Below are positions 54,663-60,825 of a DNA stretch of 60,825 nt, piece after piece; within the stretch, counting starts at the first letter, position 1; each line of letters opens with the position of its first letter. Under the pieces are notes generated by a model. The model was not told the origin of the DNA and ran no database searches. It was given only the letters and a program-made list of their open reading frames with translations. A program made the translations under genes and the position numbers. Origin of the DNA: a virus (Duplodnaviria > Caudoviricetes); the IMG/VR virus record IMGVR_UViG_3300033142_000461, positions 1 to 60,825 of that record. One strand, written 5' to 3'.

Positions 54663-55163
54663 ATGAAATCATTCAAACAGTATAACGAGGCCAAATTTGA
54701 TGGCATCAGCGGCGGAGAGAAAAATAATCCACTAAAGACTAAAAAGAAACTTGTTGTTAAAGTTGATGGATCTGATATTTTTGTTCCCTTAGATGATGAT
54801 GGTTTATGGTATCTACATACAGACGGAAAAGAACATTTCGGCGCAAATGCAAGACACAGTACAGGATATTTCAAAACAAAATCAGCTGCACAATCAGCAA
54901 TAAAGAAATATCAGAAATCTGGTATAAATGAGGCCAAAAGTAAACTATCCGTTGCATACGATGTAAAGGGATGGGAACTAGAGTTTGTAATGGGTGAACC
55001 TGTTTATATGAAGAAGAACAAAAAGGTTTCTGTGGCTTTTGATGACAACGGATATGTTGTTAGTAAGAAGAACAAGATGGGCAAATGGATTCATGGCGAA
55101 GCAGGTGTTCTACTTGGTAAAGGTGCCATTGATTTTGAAAAGGTTCTAAAAGGAATTAAATAG
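54663..55163 (+). CDS. Putative two-domain internal head protein (CTS MKSFKQYNE; internal I-N-E site)
   Basis: CTS; second half resembles ORF 46567 (DVKGW...VS..FD..GYV). Confidence 0.7.
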   Translation: MKSFKQYNEAKFDGISGGEKNNPLKTKKKLVVKVDGSDIFVPLDDDGLWYLHTDGKEHFGANARHSTGYFKTKSAAQSAIKKYQKSGINEAKSKLSVAYDVKGWELEFVMGEPVYMKKNKKVSVAFDDNGYVVSKKNKMGKWIHGEAGVLLGKGAIDFEKVLKGIK

Positions 55164-56053
55164 TGCATAGTTTCGAAGAATACATCACAACTCCTGAACA
55201 ACTTGACGAAAAGTTATTATTAATAAATCAAGGCAAACGTTACGGTCAGGTTGTGTTCCTTGCCGGCGGTGCTGGTTCAGGTAAAGGGTTTGCTTCTTCC
55301 AACTTTATGAACATTCACGACTACAAGGTACGTGATGTTGATGAAGTCAAGAGATTGTTCCTAAAAATCGCCAAAGAGAAGAACAAGTATCCAGAATTGA
55401 AAGGCCTGAACCTCAAGAATCCTAAAGATGTAAGCAAATTACATGACTTTATTGTTAAGATGGATTGGAAGAATAAGACAATGGGTAATATGATACAGCA
55501 GATGTCAAACCCTGAGACTCTTCCTAATATACTGTTTGATATAACATTGAAGAGACCATCATATGCGAATAAGGTTTTGCCTCAACTAATTGAACAAGGT
55601 TATAAACCAGAGAACATTCATCTTGTATGGGTTCTAACTGATTATAAGATTGCTGTACAACAGAACAGAGAAAGAGAACGTGTTGTACTTGATGATATAC
55701 TTCTTAATACACATGAAGGTGCTGCAAAGTCAATGTGGGATATTATCGGCAAAGGAAATTTACCAAAAGGTCTTAACGGCGGCATCTATGTCATTCTAAA
55801 CAACAAACAGAATACTATATTCTTCAAGAAAGATGATACAAAGGATTATCGCAAGTCGAAAGATGATGATTCAACAGAAGTCCGAAAAGGTTCTGGTTCA
55901 GGAAAGACGATCATTAAAGACTTCAAATATCTCGTCTACAAGAAACCGGGAAAGAAGGCTGAAACCTCAGCAAGAATCAAACTGCAACTATGGCAGTGGA
56001 TCACAACAAATATACCTATGACGAAAGACACCTCTACCATCTGGTGGTCGTAG
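55163..56053 (+). CDS. P-loop kinase (zeta-toxin-like) with CTS-like N-terminus
   Basis: MHSFEEYI...LDE; FLAGGAGSGKG, DVD, LFDIT, A..QN..RER. Confidence 0.7.
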   Translation: MHSFEEYITTPEQLDEKLLLINQGKRYGQVVFLAGGAGSGKGFASSNFMNIHDYKVRDVDEVKRLFLKIAKEKNKYPELKGLNLKNPKDVSKLHDFIVKMDWKNKTMGNMIQQMSNPETLPNILFDITLKRPSYANKVLPQLIEQGYKPENIHLVWVLTDYKIAVQQNRERERVVLDDILLNTHEGAAKSMWDIIGKGNLPKGLNGGIYVILNNKQNTIFFKKDDTKDYRKSKDDDSTEVRKGSGSGKTIIKDFKYLVYKKPGKKAETSARIKLQLWQWITTNIPMTKDTSTIWWS

Positions 56054-56059
56054 AAACTC

Positions 56060-56088
56060 TTGACATCTCCAGCGTCAGCTGATAGGAT
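56060..56088 (+). promoter_or_regulatory. Sigma70 promoter
   Basis: TTGACA-N17-TAGGAT. Confidence 0.65.
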
Positions 56089-56112
56089 GGTGGTATAGAT
56101 TGGAGAAATATT

Positions 56113-56319
56113 ATGAAATTTACTGTTACACACTACGAAAAGTACGTTGAGGGTTCGACCACAACTACCTACAATTCTTTTGAAGAACTGGAGTCACGTT
56201 ACTCTATGATTCGTGATATGTACGAAGGAGACTCTGCGGAAGAACTGGTTGACGGTGAATCTGCTGAATACGTCTACGATATGTACATCGACCTAGTGGT
56301 TGAAGCTCACGACTCATAA
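56113..56319 (+). CDS. Hypothetical acidic protein
   Basis: GGAG RBS. Confidence 0.6.
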   Translation: MKFTVTHYEKYVEGSTTTTYNSFEELESRYSMIRDMYEGDSAEELVDGESAEYVYDMYIDLVVEAHDS

Positions 56320-56437
56320 GCCTCGCTTATACCCATATAGAAACATTCAGTGCTAAATCGTTGATTTAATTGACGAAAGTGGTTGACGGTGCCTCCGATT
56401 CCTGTATAATGGACGTATAAATTGAGTTGAGAGAGAA
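56316..56437 (+). promoter_or_regulatory. Early promoter cassette copy 7
   Basis: ATAA-N7-TTAT-N6-ATAG; IHF consensus on minus strand 56354-56366; TTGACG-N16-TATAAT; leader TTGAGAGAGAA. Confidence 0.8.
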
Positions 56438-56689
56438 ATGATGAACAAGACGATTAATTGTTTTATTGACAACATGGGTTCGAATTTTTTACGTGAGCTC
56501 GTAGCGCAAACTGTTCCCGAAAAGACTGTTATTTTAAACGGTGATAAATGGTTTGATACTCGGACTGGCCGACCTACTATTTCAATTACTATTCTCGATT
56601 GTGATAAGTCTTTGTTTTCGAAGATAAAACAACGAAAATTTATCAAAGACTTGAAACTCACTGGCAACATTAAGAATTTCGGGGCATAA
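56438..56689 (+). CDS. Early hypothetical protein
   Basis: First ORF after cassette 7. Confidence 0.6.
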   Translation: MMNKTINCFIDNMGSNFLRELVAQTVPEKTVILNGDKWFDTRTGRPTISITILDCDKSLFSKIKQRKFIKDLKLTGNIKNFGA

Positions 56690-56691
56690 TT

Positions 56692-56829
56692 ATGAAGAAG
56701 TCGGATATACAATCAGCAATCGATGAAGCACAAGAACGCATTTATTGGGCACAAGAGTCCGATAACGAATCAGAACTCGAAGAACTCTACAACGAACTAG
56801 ATAATCTGTATCGTCTTCTGGAGTCTTAA
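56692..56829 (+). CDS. 45-aa acidic helical peptide (not in the ORF track)
   Basis: MKKSDIQSAIDEAQERIYWAQESDNESELEELYNELDNLYRLLES fills the gap. Confidence 0.55.
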   Translation: MKKSDIQSAIDEAQERIYWAQESDNESELEELYNELDNLYRLLES

Positions 56830-56830
56830 T

Positions 56831-57034
56831 ATGAATACCGCAAAACTAAGAGACCAAGCACTATCGCTCCGTGACTCTCCTTCAACGTTTGATATGATAG
56901 AGGCCGTTACTTCTATGGTCGCTGCAGCGAATGAGATTGACCGTCTGCGAACCGAACTACAGATTTCAGAAAAGGAACGTAGTGATATGAGTTGGGCAAT
57001 AGATGGTCAACTCGGCCACCAAGGAGGTGCGTAA
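56831..57034 (+). CDS. Hypothetical protein
   Basis: AAANEIDRLR motif; GGAG RBS. Confidence 0.6.
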   Translation: MNTAKLRDQALSLRDSPSTFDMIEAVTSMVAAANEIDRLRTELQISEKERSDMSWAIDGQLGHQGGA

Positions 57035-57225
57035 TGGAAGAAGAAAAACGTTTAATGCATAAGACTGTCACTATTAAAAAGTATATTGGTGACCAGTACA
57101 ACGAAGAGGGTGTAATCAGAGGTTACGACCCCGCAAGCAAAAAATGGTGGGTGACCAATCTGAATATGCCTTATCAAGGCACAGTCTCAGCGTGGTTCTC
57201 CGAAGAGGAATTGATAGTAAAATGA
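57034..57225 (+). CDS. Hypothetical protein
   Basis: AGGAGG RBS, TAATG coupling. Confidence 0.6.
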   Translation: MEEEKRLMHKTVTIKKYIGDQYNEEGVIRGYDPASKKWWVTNLNMPYQGTVSAWFSEEELIVK

Positions 57226-57449
57226 AAGAAATTCGATTAAACGGCATGACCTTTGTTGATGTTAAGTGGTACAACAATGTAGGCATCGTCACCGTACAGG
57301 AGGTCGTCACCGGCGGTACCAAACACTACATTGGTGTCTGCAAGAACGGAAACACCGAGGAAGACGATATCCGTAACATCATGGCATGGGGTTCTCGTTT
57401 CTATCCTGAGAGTTACGCCACATATCTACACGAACTTACTCCTAAGTGA
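57222..57449 (+). CDS. Hypothetical protein
   Basis: VGIV...YIG...EEDDIRNI..WG.RF. Confidence 0.65.
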   Translation: MKEIRLNGMTFVDVKWYNNVGIVTVQEVVTGGTKHYIGVCKNGNTEEDDIRNIMAWGSRFYPESYATYLHELTPK

Positions 57450-57568
57450 TAAGTCCTGCTTATATGTCTATAAGCACAATCATTTCAAATACTTACGTTA
57501 GCTGGTTGACGGTGGTACCAAGACCTGTATAATGATCCGTACCGATTGAGAAAAGAGAGAGAGAAATC
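57449..57568 (+). promoter_or_regulatory. Early promoter cassette copy 8
   Basis: ATAA-N7-TTAT-N6-ATAA; TTTCAAatacTTA; TTGACG-N16-TATAAT; GAGAGAGAGAA leader. Confidence 0.8.
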
Positions 57569-57730
57569 ATGAGAGAATATATCGCGTTTTACAAGAACAA
57601 AAAGATCGAAGTGTCGGCCGAGACTATTTATTCTGCTCAGTGCAAAGCTGCTGAGATTTTCAAAGCAAAGAAAAGTTACGATGTGAATGTTGTGCTTTGT
57701 GATGTTCCTGTTGACCCTGCTTCACTTTAG
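57569..57730 (+). CDS. 53-aa early protein (not in the ORF track)
   Basis: MREYIAFYKNKKIEVSAETIYSAQCKAAEIFKAKKSYDVNVVLCD...; first ORF after cassette 8. Confidence 0.7.
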   Translation: MREYIAFYKNKKIEVSAETIYSAQCKAAEIFKAKKSYDVNVVLCDVPVDPASL

Positions 57731-57739
57731 AGAGTTATT

Positions 57740-57922
57740 ATGAACGATATGAAACTTAAATTAGATGACCCAGTTCATGTATTCGATATGACCGGTAAAA
57801 TGAAGAAGACTGCTCATTACGCAGGCACTCCTCATGATAAACCAATGGTATGGTCTGATGGTAAAACATCACATACCGGGCAACATGCGGAAATCGTATT
57901 TCGTGTAGAGAAAATTAATTAA
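57740..57922 (+). CDS. Hypothetical protein
   Basis: HYAG...VWSDGKTS. Confidence 0.55.
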   Translation: MNDMKLKLDDPVHVFDMTGKMKKTAHYAGTPHDKPMVWSDGKTSHTGQHAEIVFRVEKIN

Positions 57923-57923
57923 T

Positions 57924-58280
57924 ATGAACGATATGAAACTTGAAGATTATCGAGATATATACAGCGACTTTTATAAAGACGCTATGGGTTTCCGTCCCCG
58001 TCATGTTGATACTTCTGATTGGACTGTTGAACAGTTTGAGGAAGAGTTTAATCATCTTCAACTCGTTTGTGATGAGAACGGAGAAGCGGAGATTCTCCGT
58101 CAAGAAGAATCCAAGGCTGTTTTTGAATCAAAGGTATCAGAACTCATTGAGTCTGGTGCCGGAGACCGTTACACCGCAATCTCTTGGTTGAAAGAGGCCG
58201 AGAATGCTGTGGGTGAAACGACTGGTTATTTTGAATACTGTATGGATTTGCCATACGGTTATCTGAAAGAGGTTGCATAA
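57924..58280 (+). CDS. Conserved-looking phage early protein
   Basis: YSDFYKDAMGFRPR...GAGDR.TA..W...LPYGYL. Confidence 0.7.
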   Translation: MNDMKLEDYRDIYSDFYKDAMGFRPRHVDTSDWTVEQFEEEFNHLQLVCDENGEAEILRQEESKAVFESKVSELIESGAGDRYTAISWLKEAENAVGETTGYFEYCMDLPYGYLKEVA

Positions 58281-58603
58281 TGATTATTTCAAAAGAGTTT
58301 GATGCTGCGTTTAAATCTTGGTTTGAGTCTTGTAAGACTATGGTCGAGAATGACCGAAAGAACGAACAGTTTCCTGACCTGAACAAAACTATCTATATCG
58401 CCGGTGGCCGAAAGTATGCCAAGATTGTGACCTGTTATGTCACAGGTGATGCTGAGTCTGTTTGGGCGTTTGTCGATACTACTAATGGTGACGTATTGAA
58501 GCCAGCATCGTGGCGCGCACCAGCTAAACACGCAAGAGGGAACATTTTCGACAAAGATAATGGCCTCGGTTCAATTGGTCCTTATGGTCCTGCATATCTA
58601 TAA
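58280..58603 (+). CDS. Conserved-looking T4-like hypothetical protein
   Basis: GRKYAKI...AFVD...GDVLKPASWRAPAKHARGNI...GPAYL. Confidence 0.75.
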   Translation: MIISKEFDAAFKSWFESCKTMVENDRKNEQFPDLNKTIYIAGGRKYAKIVTCYVTGDAESVWAFVDTTNGDVLKPASWRAPAKHARGNIFDKDNGLGSIGPYGPAYL

Positions 58604-58612
58604 GAGATTATT

Positions 58613-59203
58613 ATGAAATTTAAAAAGAAAGATGTTGTAAAATTTGCTATTGATTCTGACTTAGGTGCTTTTAGTAGTTATGACATCGATGAAGACTTTT
58701 TCACCATTGATCATATTGTCAATGATGGCACCGGACCATTCGAACGTTATGATTATTGTGTACGAAATGACAGAACAGGCGAATCTGAATATTTTACAGA
58801 GGCAGAACTTATAAGTGCTAAGGAATATTTCGCCGGCAAACGAGTTAATGTTCCTAGTAATACTGAAAAAGACCTGTTGGACCGTATCCATCTGTTAGAA
58901 CAGAACTACAACAAACTAAAACGAGATGTTGAACAATTAAAAGGACCAGAAAACCCAGCAGATGGACTCAACAGAGAACAGAATTACATACGTGCAAATT
59001 TCAAGGCTGGCGCATCGTTCGAGCTCGATGGTGATCAATATGTCACTGTAGTTCAAACTGGACAAGATTTGTATGTATTCGGTGGTCAGAATGGAAATCC
59101 ATTCGAACTATATCAAGATCTTCCAGAATCCAGAGATGCGATGATTGAATATCTTGAACAACACGAAGCTGTTGTGGTTGAACTTTTAAAGGTCGTTATT
59201 TGA
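58613..59203 (+). CDS. Hypothetical protein
   Basis: 196-aa ORF with central coiled coil. Confidence 0.6.
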   Translation: MKFKKKDVVKFAIDSDLGAFSSYDIDEDFFTIDHIVNDGTGPFERYDYCVRNDRTGESEYFTEAELISAKEYFAGKRVNVPSNTEKDLLDRIHLLEQNYNKLKRDVEQLKGPENPADGLNREQNYIRANFKAGASFELDGDQYVTVVQTGQDLYVFGGQNGNPFELYQDLPESRDAMIEYLEQHEAVVVELLKVVI

Positions 59204-59472
59204 TGGATAAAAAAGAACTAAAGGGTTATTCCCAAGCGATTGAGAACCTCGCCTACTATATGAGAATAGGTGGCGAAGATGCGGCAGAAAACGAGAACAT
59301 TGATATTAGTTCTCCTGAAGCTTTCTATGAGTCGTTGACGCCAGAACAACGCGAAGAAGAAATCAAACTTTCTAAAATCGTAACGGTTATTTCCGATACA
59401 TATGATGTTGATATTACTAACGTTGTAGAGGATGCTGTTTACGAAATGAATTTACAGGATTATAATGTATGA
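59203..59472 (+). CDS. Hypothetical acidic protein
   Basis: TGATG coupling. Confidence 0.55.
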   Translation: MDKKELKGYSQAIENLAYYMRIGGEDAAENENIDISSPEAFYESLTPEQREEEIKLSKIVTVISDTYDVDITNVVEDAVYEMNLQDYNV

Positions 59473-59484
59473 GGGATAAAATTG

Positions 59485-59922
59485 ATGAACGATAAGAAAC
59501 TTGTATTGAAGAAAGGTTATACCCTTGAGGTAACATCTTGGGAGAATGATGCTGACAATTATCGCACACAATCTATGACATTTAACGACAAAGATGTTGC
59601 TCTTGCTGTGTTGGATATGTGTAAGTCCATTTTTGTTAGTTGTAATAACGGCGTTGGTGGTATTGGTAATATGATGGATGATGAATATGAACTAGCAAGT
59701 CCCATTATGCTTGAGTATATGAAAAATCATCCTAAAGTTTGTGAGTCGTTTGACCCAGAAAAATGGTCCTTTGATAAAACCAAAGACGAAGATTTGGTAG
59801 GTATGTGTAGTGAATTAAATTATGCACTGATGGGAGGTTCTGAATATTACTACTCTCGCGTATTTGAGAGTGGTGTTATTACTTACTCGCCAGAAGATGT
59901 TTATTGTGAGATTGTACAGTAG
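59485..59922 (+). CDS. Hypothetical protein
   Basis: GYTLEVTSWENDADNYRT...RVFES. Confidence 0.65.
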   Translation: MNDKKLVLKKGYTLEVTSWENDADNYRTQSMTFNDKDVALAVLDMCKSIFVSCNNGVGGIGNMMDDEYELASPIMLEYMKNHPKVCESFDPEKWSFDKTKDEDLVGMCSELNYALMGGSEYYYSRVFESGVITYSPEDVYCEIVQ

Positions 59923-59931
59923 GAGAAATTT

Positions 59932-60123
59932 ATGAGAAAACCATTTCCTAATGAAAAATGGGTATTAAAAGATGATAGTCCTTGGCCTAGAACCGATATT
60001 GAACCTGTACTAGTAACAGATGTTAGAGATGGTTGGGTTAGATATGATGTTAGTAAAAACCTCTTTACGGACCAAAGACTTGAGATTGAATCATTCATAC
60101 AATGTTATACCTTTTATGAGTAA
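59932..60123 (+). CDS. Hypothetical protein
   Basis: AGGAG RBS; SPWP...DVRDGWVRY. Confidence 0.6.
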   Translation: MRKPFPNEKWVLKDDSPWPRTDIEPVLVTDVRDGWVRYDVSKNLFTDQRLEIESFIQCYTFYE

Positions 60124-60129
60124 TAAAAT

Positions 60130-60246
60130 ATGATATGCCCAGAATGTGACACCATGATGGAATCACTAGGTTATGGTGATGAGAAATGTCCTGAATGTGG
60201 ACATATTGAATATGCTTATCCTGATGAGGAGGATGCAGATGAATAA
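60130..60246 (+). CDS. 38-aa zinc-ribbon peptide (not in the ORF track)
   Basis: MICPECDTMMESLGYGDEKCPECGH... Confidence 0.6.
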   Translation: MICPECDTMMESLGYGDEKCPECGHIEYAYPDEEDADE

Positions 60247-60814
60247 GAGATGGCTAACAAGCGACCTACATTTTGAACACAAGAATATTCTGGCATATTG
60301 TCCAGAGACTCGTCCATATCAATCCCTTGAGGATATGAATATGGACATTGTGAACACAATGAACGAATATATTAAACCAGATGACACCCTGTTTGTTCTT
60401 GGTGACGTTTGCCTTGGTGGTGTGAAGAATCTACATTGGATGGAAAAGGTCAATGGAAACAAGCACCTAATCATCGGCAACCATGACTATGTTCGTAGTA
60501 ATATGGAAGAATATCTTCGTGTATTCAAGACTGTGGAAGGATACCGAGAGTTTGGACATCATATGTCTATCTGTTCACACTATCCTGTTCATCCGCAACA
60601 ACTTGGTTCACGATATGCCGTTAATATTCACGGACATCTTCATGACACGATTATCCCTGATGTTCGATACATTAACGTGTGTTGGGACCATAATCGTCGT
60701 CCTGTTGAATGGTCGGAGATTGTTGACTACTATGAATCAGTTGTGAAGAAGACCAAGAAAGACAAATGGGACAACGGAACTGTGTTTAAGGCAAGCATGG
60801 AACAACTAATCTAA
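60239..60814 (+). CDS. Calcineurin-like metallophosphoesterase
   Basis: SDLHF.H, LGD, GNHD, SHYP, HGHLH; start MNKRW after GGAGG RBS. Confidence 0.92.
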   Translation: MNKRWLTSDLHFEHKNILAYCPETRPYQSLEDMNMDIVNTMNEYIKPDDTLFVLGDVCLGGVKNLHWMEKVNGNKHLIIGNHDYVRSNMEEYLRVFKTVEGYREFGHHMSICSHYPVHPQQLGSRYAVNIHGHLHDTIIPDVRYINVCWDHNRRPVEWSEIVDYYESVVKKTKKDKWDNGTVFKASMEQLI

Positions 60815-60825
60815 CATAAATAAAG

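Noticed and set aside
26804-57568. Repeated intergenic elements as a CRISPR array or IS ends
   Set aside because: They are dispersed, not regularly spaced, contain promoter boxes, and no cas or transposase gene is present.

Overview
This window is part of a large, AT-rich T4-like myovirus genome, and nearly all genes are on the + strand. A spanin-like lysis cassette, sigma70-type promoters and IHF-consensus sites point to a Gram-negative host. Gene order: lysis cassette; neck, tail, terminase and head module (gp13-gp23, gp3); a free-standing HNH endonuclease; uvsY/uvsW; an ~830 nt structured non-coding region; gp55, gp47, gp46; a DNA methyltransferase; a VWA/MoxR-type AAA pair; gp45/44/62, regA, gp43; then ~20 kb of accessory genes (ClpP-like, PhoH, tRNA cluster, NadM-Nudix + NadV, RlmN-like radical SAM, an array of capsid-targeted internal proteins). 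Four observations stand out. (1) A naturally split RlmN-like enzyme lacks the resolving Cys, and its catalytic AACGQL Cys sits on a separate 46-aa peptide, suggesting a peptide-to-RNA conjugation system. (2) Eight copies of an early-promoter cassette carry a helically phased LysR-like box and IHF sites, and two late-promoter hairpin RNAs have loops antisense to the shared leader of those early genes, suggesting a late-to-early shut-off circuit. (3) About 13 genes carry a T4-type capsid-targeting N-terminus. (4) Both NAD-salvage genes share a G-AUAGA-C hairpin. All product calls come from motif recognition and synteny by eye; no database searches or folding programs were run.
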